A stretch of DNA of 64,000 bases from positions 930,001 through 994,000 of the forward strand of contig JASTWF010000048.1 of NCBI GenBank assembly GCA_030390025.1, written 5' to 3'. This stretch comes from Squalus acanthias. Its lineage: Eukaryota. The translations under genes and the position numbers were made by a program. Each line of letters starts with the position of its first letter. Position 1 is the stretch's first letter. The notes beneath the pieces are model-generated. The model saw only the letters and a list, made by a program, of their open reading frames with translations, was not told the DNA's origin and searched no databases. Of this stretch, positions 1 through 10,493 are shown in pieces.

Positions 1-39
1 ATTTATGTAGAAGATACTTATTACATAATAACTTTAGCA

Positions 40-780
40 ACAGTTGGAGCAGGAGTAGACCACACGACCCCTCGAGCTGCTCCGACATTCAATAAGATCA
101 TGGCTGATTTTCTGCCTCGACTGCACTTTCCCGCTCGTTTCCCAAATCGTGTAATTAACTTATTGTCCATACATTTATCGATCTCAGTGCTGAATATACT
201 CAACGATTGCGCATCCACAGGACTCGGGAAGAGATTTCTAAAGATTCACAAGGCTCTTAGCGAAGAAGTATCTCCTAATCTCAATTCTAAATGGCCGACC
301 ACTTATCCTGAGACAATGGTCCCCAGTCCTACACTCTGCAGCCAGGGGAAACAGCCTCTCTGCATCTACCCTGTCAAGCCCTCTAAGAATTGTATCGGTT
401 TGAATGAGATTACCTCTCATTCATCTAAACTCCAGAGAACATATAATCTACTCAATCACTCATCATAGGACAACCCTCTCATTGCAGGAATCAATCTAGT
501 GAATCTTCGTTGCACCACTTCTAAGGCAAGTATATCCTTCCTTCGGGAGGAAGACCAAAACTGTACACTGTACGCTAGATGTGGTCTCACCAAAGCCGTA
601 TATAATTGCAGCAAGACTTCCTTACTCTTATACTCCCACCCCGTTGCAATAAAGGCTAACATACCATTTGCCTTCCTAATTACTTGCTGTATCTGAAGTT
701 AACTTTCTGCGATTCGTGTAGAGGGACACCAAAATCCCTTTGAATACCAACGTCTCTCGCCTTGTAAAAATATTCTGCTT
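40..780 (-). mobile_element. CR1-type LINE 3' fragment (RT C-terminus and tail)
   Basis: Minus-strand ORFs 456-662 (EYKSKEVLLQLYTALVRPHLAYSVQFWS...QRRFTRLIP) and 238-420 (MRGNLIQT...) match the CR1 ORF2 C-terminus. Boundaries approximate. Confidence 0.85.
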
Positions 781-984
781 TTCAATGGCATCAAAATCTC
801 ACCTCATTATTCTCCTGCCGAATCCTAACAACCTAATCTACACCATGTGTTCGCCTCGATCCAACGGAATACCCTCTCATAATAGGAAGAAATGATTTGG
901 AATTTACAGCAAAGATCAAGGCCATTCGGCCGAACTAGTGTGTGTCGGTTTTTATGCTCCACATGAGTCTCCTCCCACCCGACA

Positions 985-1860
985 ACAATAGGAAAAAACT
1001 GCAGATGCACGAAATCTGAAATAACAGAAAGTGCTGGACACACTCAGCAGGCTAGGCAGCGTCCGTGGAGAGACAGACAGAGTTAACGTTTCAGGGCTGT
1101 GACAGTTCCTCAGAGCTGGAAAAAGTTAGAGATGTAACAGGTTTTAAGCAGGTGCAGCGGCAGGGAAAGGGGGAGGGGCAGAAATAACAAAGGGGAGAGT
1201 CTGTGATAGGGTGGAAGGCAGGAGTGGTTAAAAGTTGCAAATGGGGATGGCAGAATCAGCAACAGCTGCCATGTGAAAAACTGGGGCCGGGGTAATAGCC
1301 TGCAATTGTTGAACTCAATATTGAGTCCAAACTGCTGTAAAGTGCCTCATCGAAAGATGAGGCGCTGTTCCTCGAGCTTACGTTGAGCTTCATTGGAACA
1401 GTGTATGAGGCCGAGGACGGTGAGATCAGAGTGGGAGTGGAGTGGAGAATTAAAGTGACTGGCGACCGCAAACTCGGGCTCACCCTGACAGAATGAACAG
1501 AATTGTTCCGCAAACCGATCACCCAATCTGCGTTTGGACTCCCCAGTGTAGAGGAGACCGCATTGTGAGCAGCGAATACAGTATACTAAACTGCATGATG
1601 TACACGTGATTCGCTGTTTCACCTGGAAGGAGTGTTTGGGCACTGGCTGTGGGAAGGGAGGAGAGTTGCATCTCCTCCGCTTGCATAGGAAGGTGCGGTG
1701 GGGAGGGGAGAGGCTGTTGGGGGTGATTGAGGAGTGGACCAGCGTGTCCCGGAGGGTGCGGTCCCTTCGGAATGCAGAAAGGGGAGGTGAGGGGAAGACG
1801 TGTTTGGTGGTGGGATCATGCTGGAGGTGGCGGGAATGGCGGAGGATGATCCTCCCAACC
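985..1860 (-). mobile_element. Penelope-like retroelement fragment (GIY-YIG endonuclease region)
   Basis: ORF 1347-1643 (-) LVYCIRCSQCGLLYTGESKRRLGDRFAEQ...VASHFNS has the GIY-YIG/CxxC signature of Penelope-like elements. Boundaries approximate. Confidence 0.75.
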
Positions 1861-2368
1861 TAATTCATCTCACCCTATTAACATATCAACGAATAGTGAC
1901 TTCTCTATAATTATGCCCTTTTCTTTCATATCATACACTATCCTACACTGTGTAGTTATCTAAACCTCCGTGCAGACCCCAGGGACCAATAGGGCACTAC
2001 GTTCGTCTAGTACTTATTCCGCAACTCCAGCTCTGTCCTTCGACGGACCACACGTTTTGAACCGATCGTGCACCCTACTCTACGCATTGAATTACACAGA
2101 AGGAATTCTACTCATCTCCCACACAAGTCATGTGGGTGCCTACATTTCTGAATCTGAGACATCATCCTCAGTTTGTGAAATGCTTCGGAATTTAGATCAG
2201 AAGGAAAGCAAAAAGGCGGATGGGAGAATCCTACTTAAACCCGTACATTAGCAACACTTCACTGTCAGGCAGCCGTGCATCAAAAGCTGGTAGATATCTA
2301 ACTATTTGAATCAAGCTTGTGCAAGCATTGTTGATTTCCGCTCTGTTACTTTCAGACAGTCATATCCC

Positions 2369-2384
2369 TGACGTCATTTCCGGG
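2369..2384 (+). promoter_or_regulatory. V1 promoter CRE (TGACGTCA) with adjacent Ets-like TTTCCGG
   Basis: Perfect CRE 112 bp upstream of the leader ATG. CRE-like decamers are the known conserved element of TRBV promoters. Confidence 0.7.
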
Positions 2385-2480
2385 TAGAGCGTCCTACTTT
2401 TCACGCTGTGCTCAACAATCGGCGCCACTTTCCGTATCCCTCTCCAACTGACAGACGATATCTTGGGTTTCCCCAGAAGG

Positions 2481-3607
2481 ATGACACTGAATGTCTTGCT
2501 CTTTGCCTTTACATTGCTGATGCCATGTAAGCTAACGTCAAAATGCTCTCCTTGTTCTATTTAACCATACTTTCGTGAAGTAATATACTTAATAAGCAGT
2601 ATGTAATCATTTTACCCTTCATGATACCCTTTATATATAAATAGGTATTGCAATTTTCATATACGGGTAATTGGTTATATTATCGGTATATATTCTGCCA
2701 GATAATATTTCATCCATATCGCTTTCAATATTCTTCACTGATTTGTGTAGTATGATTCTAACTTACCATTCCATTTATTTTTATTTGAATTTGGTAGTGA
2801 TTGCAGGCAGAATATCTCTGATTAATATATGTGTATATTGCCTGAGTCAGAAGGTTGCGGGTTTAATTGCAATTCCAGAGATGTGAGCACAAAATCTAGG
2901 TTGACATCTCAGTGCAGTACTGAGGGAGTGCTGGTGTGTCGGAGGCGCCGTCTGTGCGATGAAACATCAAAACTGAGGCCCCGTCTGCTCGCTCAGGTGG
3001 ATGTCAAAGATCCCACTGATACTATTTGAAGAAGAGCAGGGAGGATCTCTCCAGTGTCCTGGCCAATATATTTTCCCTCTACCAACATTACAAAACATAG
3101 CAGATTAATTGGTCATCATCACATTTCTGTCTCTGGGAGCTTGCTGTGCTCAACTTGACAACCGCGTTTCCGACATTACAATGATGATTGTTATTCAAAA
3201 AGTCATTGGCTGTAAAGGGCTCTGAGGCCGTGAAAGGTGCTGTATAAATGTTTAGTGCACCCAAATCTCCTTACTTCCTCCCCCCAACTGTTTTTCAGTC
3301 TCTGCTACGGGAGATGTCGTGCATCAGTGGCCCGGATCGATTGCTGTTGAACAGCAAGGAGCGGTCGAATTGAATTGTTTTCAGAATGAGAGTGCTCGAA
3401 CCTACATGTACTGGTATCGGCAATCCACCCGAGCTGGATTCGTGTTAATAGGGTATTCTTATGGACAAGACGGTGTTGAATATGAGACTGAGTTTAAGAA
3501 GCGATTTACCATCACCCGAACTATGAATGATAAGAAATCCAGTTTGAAGTTCCTCAGTGTCGAACGTGCTGACGCGGCTGTGTATTACTGCGCTGCCGGA
3601 GATGGGG
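2481..3607 (+). CDS. TRBV: TCR beta variable gene V1 (leader exon 2481-2526, V exon 3299-3607)
   Basis: Leader MTLNVLLFAFTLLMP + GTAAG donor; acceptor TTTTTCAG. V exon FSATGDVVHQWP...LNC...MYWYRQ...DAAVYYCAAGDG is open and in phase; RSS follows. Confidence 0.93.
2841..3250 (+). mobile_element. DeuSINE-like SINE (SacSINE1-type) in the V1 leader intron
   Basis: tRNA-like head remnant, then GCAGTACTGAGGGAGTGCTG...GGAGGCGCCGTCT...GAGGCCCCGTCTGC...AAAGATCCCA...GAAGAGCAGGG, a body that recurs at 17.5, 20.3 and 23.6-27.4 kb. Family name from memory. Confidence 0.65.
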
Positions 3608-3645
3608 CACAGCGCTCCAGATGCCTCATCGCCTTGACAAAAACC
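3608..3645 (+). other. V1 3' RSS: CACAGCG / 22-bp spacer / ACAAAAACC
   Basis: Read directly after the V exon. Confidence 0.92.
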
Positions 3646-3754
3646 GTTGCCGTGAAAAAAAATAATTTCCTGACACAATGGGTCACAAACTGGTTGCATC
3701 ATTCGAAATCACACGCCTTAATTTCCTTCAAATGTAGAGAAAAAACACGGGGAT

Positions 3755-3918
3755 AGAGGAAGATGGAAAGAAAGAAAGATAGAAAGAAAAAAGAAAGTAA
3801 GAAAGAATGAGTGACAGAATGAGTGAAAGATAGAAAGAAAGAGTGGAAGAAAGAAAGAGTGAAAGAAAGAAAGAAAGAAAGAAAGAAAGAAGGAAAGAAA
3901 GAAAGAATGAAAGTGAAG
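3755..3918. repeat. (GAAA)n-rich microsatellite
   Basis: Purine-rich GAAA/GAAG repeats. Confidence 0.9.
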
Positions 3919-4719
3919 AACGATCTCTTCGGGATTATCCCAAGCTTTCGTGTTTGACCTGTTCTGATCCCTCATAACCATGCCCCAAAAAGCATGTTGT
4001 CCCTCAAAACCACTATATGTGAACATGGTTCCACGGTCCAGTTGCATATGTTGAACTTCGCTTCTACAGCTTTAACAATAGCTTCAAGAATATCACTGTG
4101 CCATTAAGTATCTTGTCTGGCATACGGTAGTGTAGTGGTTATAATACAACTGAAGTAATCCAGCAATCTTCAACCAATAACCTGGAGTTCAAATGCCGCC
4201 ACGGCAGTTTGAGCAATTTAATTCAGTTATTTAAAAATCTCCCATACCCTCGATCTCCAGCACCAGCAGGCGCATGGGGAACGCCAACACCTCCAAGCTC
4301 CCCTGTAATTTACACACCATCCTGACTTGGAAATATATCCATGATGTAGAGAGGCCGGTGTTGGACTGGGGTGTATAAATGTGAGAAGTCGCACAAGCTT
4401 TCGGAGCGCTGGACCTTCGTCAGGTGAAGTCTTCAACTAACGAAGGAGCAGCGCTCCGAAAGCTTGTGATTTCAAATAAAGCTGTTGGACTATAACCTGG
4501 TGTTGTGCGACTTCTCACATTTGGAAATATATCGTCCTTCATCGTCGCTGGATTAAAATCGTGAAACGGTCTCCCTAACAACAGCGTGGAAGCACCTTCA
4601 CCACACGGACTGCAGCGGTTCAAGAAGGCGACTGATCACCACCTTCTCAAGGGCAACTAGGGATGGGCAATAAATGCTGGCCTTGCCAGCGACGCCCACA
4701 TCCTGAAAATAGATTAATC

Positions 4720-5870
4720 ACATGATCGAGATCTTTAAGATTATAGGAGGATTGGAGAGAGTAGACACGGAGAAAATGTCTCCTCTTCTGATGGTGTCTA
4801 AAACGAGGGTCGATAAATATAAGATAGTCACCAATGAATCCAATAGGGATTTCAGGAGCAATTTTTTACTCAGAGAGCGGTTAGAATGTGGAACTCGCTA
4901 CCACATGGAATAGTGGAGGTGATTGCGAAATCTATATCAGTACACGAGGTAGAAAGGGATAGAATGATGTACTCAGAGAGTTAGATGAAGAGGGATGTAT
5001 GAAGCAGTTGTGCAGCATAAACGCAGGCATAGATCAGTTGTGCCGAATGGCCTGTTTGTGTGCTGTAAATTCGTTGCGATTACATGTAACGAGCAAATTA
5101 CCCGACTCTCATTTTGATATTTCCCTGATGAATGTATTCACAGAGTCATAGAGTCATAACGGCACAGAAGGGGGCCAGTCGGCCCATCGATTCTGCGCCG
5201 GCTCTCTGTAGAGCAATCCAGTCAGTTCCATTCGCCGCTCTATCCCCGTAGCCCTGCAAGTTGATTTACCTAAAGTGCCTATCCATTCCCCCCTTGAAAA
5301 CATTGAGTGTCTCCGCTTCCACCATTTCCGTCGGCAGCGAGTTCCAGGTCCTCACCACTCGCTGCGTCAGAAAGTTTTTCCTCAAATGGGTATCTCTTGC
5401 CCAAAACCTTAAATCTGTGTCCCCTCCTCCTTGTACCATCAACTAGTGGGAACGGCCTTTCCCCGTATAGCCGATCAAAACACGTCTTAATATTGTACAT
5501 CTCTATCAAATCACCCCTCAACCTATTTGCTCTAATGAAAACAAATCCACCTTCTCCAACCTGGCCTTGTAGCTAAGATGTCTACGGATGTGTACGTATG
5601 AAGGGACATCGGAAATACCGGTTTCAGGCATGCGAAGCGCATGCGCTGAAAACCGGCATTTCCGATCTGTCAAGAATGCTCTTGATCGCACATGCTCTGT
5701 TAACCACTCTCTGAATATGTCCTGCCATCTTCAGGGACCTATGCACATCAACTCCCATGTCCCTCTTTCCCTGCACACTGTTTAAAACTGTGCCATTAAG
5801 TGTATATTGCCTCTCCCCGTTCCTTCTTCCAAAATGTTTCACCTCACACTTCTGCATATTAAATTCCATC
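4720..5870. mobile_element. CR1-type LINE fragments (+ strand 3' tail 4720-5090; - strand piece 5150-5870)
   Basis: ORFs MIEIFKIIGGLERVDTEKM (+), MRGDLIEMYNI and MEFNMQKCEVKHFGR (-). Paralogous to 13835-15050. Confidence 0.8.
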
Positions 5871-6020
5871 TACACCTGGTGGTAACTATTATTGTTTGAG
5901 ATTGATATTACGCAATTTCCTCCCAACGCCCTTTATTTGAAACGTAACTTGATGCAGAATTCAACATTCGCGCCTTATATTTCGATCCTGTAACTATAGA
6001 TCAGTGTATGGGAATCTAAA

Positions 6021-6749
6021 ATGAGATCGATTGTTACATTCTTTGATTTTATTCTGCATTGTCCATGTAAGTATATCAGTCTTTTCTATTGGTTAAGCAA
6101 TTGGTTTATTTGTGTAAAATTAAAAGTAATTCCTTGAGCAAGAAGTGCGCCATAACGATTTCAAATTCCACTAATGACAAAATACTTCATAATTTAAGTT
6201 GAGTGCCTATCTTTTTTATACTTCAGATCTCTAACAGTGACAGATGTTTATTTTTAACTTTAGTTTTATTTCCACCACTTCACAAGGTTGATTTATACCT
6301 TGTGTGATAGCTGATTAATAATTACGTGCTGTATGATTGCTAACATCATGCAAATGCATTGCGAAGCACTAGAGCTGTACTGAACCTGAATTCTCGTGAT
6401 ATTGCTACTTGAACTGAGTCCTGCATCTTGTTCCACGCATCAGACTTTTGCCGGAGTGCTTTAGTGTCTCAATTTCCCAGAGAACTGACGGTGGGACGAG
6501 GGGACAGCGCAACCTTCACCTGTTATCAGAACGACACCGACAACGTCAGGATACTCTGGTACCGCCAGTCCAGAGGAGAAGGTCCCCAGCTTGTGGTGAT
6601 GGACATGTATGGGAGCAAAGCGACTTTCGGGGAAGAATTCAGGTCGGGATACGAGGTCCTGAGACCCGACCTGAAAATGGGCCATCTGAAAATTCCGACT
6701 GTCGGTCCCGGCCATACGGCGGTGTATTATTGCTGCTCAAGTAATGGAG
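6021..6749 (+). CDS. TRBV: TCR beta variable gene V2 (leader 6021-6066, V exon 6444-6749); open frame but possibly weakly functional
   Basis: Leader MRSIVTFFDFILHCP + GTAAGT. V exon YFCRSALVSQFP...TFTC...LWYRQ...TAVYYCCSSNG. Paralogue of V3. Confidence 0.9.
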
Positions 6750-6788
6750 CACAGTGCTTCAAACCCCTTCCGCACAATGACTATAACT
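6750..6788 (+). other. V2 3' RSS: CACAGTG / 23 bp / ACTATAACT (degenerate nonamer)
   Basis: Consensus heptamer; nonamer differs from ACAAAAACC at 3 positions. Confidence 0.88.
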
Positions 6789-7289
6789 TCCCAGTGTTAT
6801 TTCTGTCGCTATTGCGTTCGGTTCGCCTCGCATGAGCTGACTATCACTAGTAATCTTTGTATTTCTACGTCTGGCTGTTTCCGCTTCCATAGAATCACAG
6901 AAATTTACGGCACAGAAGGAGGCCATTCGGCCCATCGTCTCCGTGCCGGCCGAAAAAGAGCTATCCAGCCTTATTCCATTTTCCAGCTCGTGGTCCGAAG
7001 CCTTGCAGGTTACGGCAATTCAAGTGCATAGCCAGTCAATTTTTTAAATGCAATTACGGTTTCTGTCTCTACCGCCCTTTAGGGCAAGTGAGTTCTAGAA
7101 CCCCACCGCCCTCTGGGTGAAAAAAAGATCTCCTCAACTCCCCTCTGATCCTTATGCCAATAACTTTTAATCTATGCCACTTGGATATTGACCACTCTGC
7201 CAAGGGACATAGGTCCCTCCTTTACACTCTATCTAGAAATAAAGAAAGAAATACAGATTTGCATATATATATATATATATATATATGGC

Positions 7290-7975
7290 GTTACTATCGC
7301 CGAATCCCCCACCAACAACATCCTGGGTGTCACCATTGAACAGAATCTTAACTGGACCAGCCACATAAATACTGTGCATACAAGAGCAGGTCAGAGGCTA
7401 GGTATTCTGCGGCGAGTGTCTCATCTCCTGACTGCCCAAACCTTTCCACCACCTGCAAAGCACAAGTAAGCAGTGTGATGGAATACTCTCCACTTGCCTG
7501 AATGAGTGCATGTCAAACAACACTCAAGAAGCTCGACACCATCAAGGACAGAGCAGCCCGCTTGAGTGGCACCCCATCCACCAACTTAAACCTTAACTCT
7601 ATGCACCACCGGCGTACCGTGGCTGCACTGTGTACCGTCTACCAGCACACTGCAGCAACTAGCCAAGGTTTCTTTGGTAGTACCTCCCAAACCCGCGAAG
7701 TCTTCCACCTAGAAGGACAAGGGCAGCAGGCTCATGGGAACACCACCACCTCCAAGTGCCCCTCCAAGTCACACACCACCCTGACTTGGAAGTATATCAT
7801 CGATTCATCATCGTCGCTGTGTCAAAATCGTGTAACTCCCTACCTAACAGCACTGTGTGAGTACCTTCACCACACGGACGGCAGCAGTTCAAGAAGGCGG
7901 CTCATCGCCAGATTCACAAGGGCAATTAGGATGAGCAATCAATGCTGGCCTTGCCAGCGACGTCCACATGCCATA
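7290..7975 (+). mobile_element. LINE 3' fragment (CR1/L2-clade RT C-terminus)
   Basis: ORF ...NILGVTIEQNLNWTSHINTVHTRAGQRLGILRRV. Related copies at about 4240-4700, 16710-17430 and 19920-20270 (-). Confidence 0.75.
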
Positions 7976-8507
7976 AACAAATTTTAAATCATAAAGTTCG
8001 AGTCACAGGAAGCTGTATTGTGTTACCACAAAGTGTCTGGATGGGACTTGAACCGAGACCCCACATGGAATAAATGCTTAAATAGACAAATGGGTAGATC
8101 GAGAGACAGATAGACAGACAGACAGAAACAGATAGAAAGATAGATAGCTAGATAGATAGATAGATCCTAACATACTAGAATATTATCACAGAACGTTTGA
8201 TCTCACCTTAAATATTTCATGAGTATCTTAATTGTTTTCACAGTCTTTATCATCTGGTTAACTATTGAAAACAATACAGTGCTACTTACCCTATCATTGC
8301 CCTTCGTAATTGTGAAGAACTCTATAGGCTAATCGCTCGAACCTTCTCTTTTCTATCGAAATAGCGCTAAATTATCCATTATATTCTAATAAATGTAGTC
8401 GGATATCCATAGGCACAGCTTAGTGAATCACGACTTCATTTTCTCCTTGGCTATTCCGCTCGTCTTATAATGAACGGCCCCATAATATGATATAATTCCT
8501 CATTCAG

Positions 8508-10493
8508 ATGGAGAGTGACGTAGTAGTTGACTCAGAGAATAGGGTACTGAATTTAAATAAAGGAAACTACGATGGTATGAGGCGCGAGTTGGCTTGGATG
8601 GATTGGGGAATGTGTCTTAAAGGGTTGATGGTGGATAGGCAATGGCAAACATTTAAAGATCGCATGGATGAACTACAGAATTTGTTCATCCCTGTTTGGC
8701 ATAACAATAAAACATAAAGGTGACTCAACCGTGGCTAACAAGGGAAATTAGGGATAGCATAAGATCCAAGGAGAGACCATATAAATTGGCCAGAAAAAGC
8801 AGCAAACCTGAGGATTGGGAGCAGTTTAGGATTCAGCAAAGGAGGACAAAGGGATTAATTCAGAGAGGGAAAATAGAGTACGAGAGTAAGTTTCAGGGAA
8901 CATAGAAACTGACTGTAAAAGCTTCTATAGACATGTGAAGAGAAAAAGATTGGTGAAGTCAAGCGTAGGTCCCTTGCAGTCAGAATCAGGGGAATTTATA
9001 ATGGGGAACAAAGAAATGGCAGCCCAATTAAATACATACTTTGGTTCTGTCTTCACAAAGGAGGACACAAATAAACTTCCAGAGATGTCGGGGAACATAG
9101 GGTCTAATGCGTGGGAGGAACTGAATGAAATCAGCATTTGTAGGGAAATTGTGTTAGTGAAATTGACCGGATTGAAGGCCTATAAATCCCCAGGGCCTGA
9201 TAATCTACATCCTAGGGTACGTAAAGAAGTGGCCCTAGAAATAGTAGATGCATTGCTAGTCATCATCCAAAATTCTATAGACTCTGGAACAGTTCCCTTG
9301 GATTGGAGCATAGCTAATGTACCCCCACTATTTAAAAAAGGTTGTGGAGAGAAAACGGGGAATGATAGAGCGGTAAGCCTGACATCGGTAATGGGGAAAA
9401 TGCTAGAGTCCATTTTAAAAGATGTAATAGCAAAGCACTTGGAAAACAGTGACAGGATCGGACAAAGTCAACATGGATTTACAAAAGGTAAATCGTGCTT
9501 GACTAATCTACTGGAATTTTTTGAGGATGTAACTGGTAGAATAGATAAGGGAGAACCGGTAGATGTGGTGTATTTGGACTTTCAGAAGGCTGTCAATAAG
9601 GTCCCGCATAAGAGATTAGCGTGCAAAGTTAAAGCACATGGGATTGGGGGTGATGTACTGACTTGGATAAAAAACTGGTTGGCAGACAGGAAGCAAAGAG
9701 TTGGAATAAACGGATCTTTTTCCAAGTGGCAGGCAGTGACTAGTGGGGTACCGCAGGGATCGGTGCTAGGACCCCTGCTAATCACAATATATATTAATGA
9801 TCTAGACGAGAGAATTGATGTAAAATCTCCAAGTTTGAAGATGACACCAAGCTGGGTGGGCGTGTGTGCTTTGAGGAGGATGCAGAGAAACTCCAGTATG
9901 ATTTGGACAGGTTGGGTGATTGGGCAGATGCATGGCAGAGACAGATTAACGTGGATAAATGCGAGGTTATCCACTTGGGTGGCAAAAACAGGAAGACCGA
10001 TTATTATCTGAACGGCAATAGATTTGGAAAAGGGGAAGTGCAACGAGACCTGGGTGTCCTTGTGCAGCAGTCGCTGAACGTAAGCCTGCATGTGCAGCAG
10101 GCGGTTAAGAAGGCAAATGGTTTGTTGGCCTTCATAGTGAGAGGATTCGAGTACAGGAGCAAGGATGTGTTGTTGCAGTTGTACAGGGACTTGGTGAGAC
10201 CACACCTTGCGTATTGTGTGCAGTTTTGGTCGCCTTATCTGAGGAAGGATGTTCTTGCCATTGAGAGAGTGCAGCGAGGATTCACCAGAATGATACCTGC
10301 GATGGCAGGAATGACGTATGAAGAGAGAATGGGTCGATTAGGCTTATATTCGCTAGAGTTTAGAAGAATGAGAGGGGGTCTCATTGAAACTTATAAAATT
10401 CGAACAGGACTAGACAGACTAGACGCAGGAAGGCTGTTCTCGATGGCGGGGGAGTCCAGAACCACGGGTCACAGTCTAAGGATAAGGGGTAAG
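8508..10493 (+). mobile_element. CR1 LINE element A, 5'-truncated ORF2 (RT), frameshifted; 3' end resumes at 13428-13688
   Basis: ORFs 8935-10011 and 9864-10520 contain [33 protein letters not shown] and KCEVIHLG. Confidence 0.92.

Noticed and set aside
4117-4230. tRNA-like A/B box sequence
   Set aside because: No complete cloverleaf; better explained as a decayed tRNA-derived SINE head.
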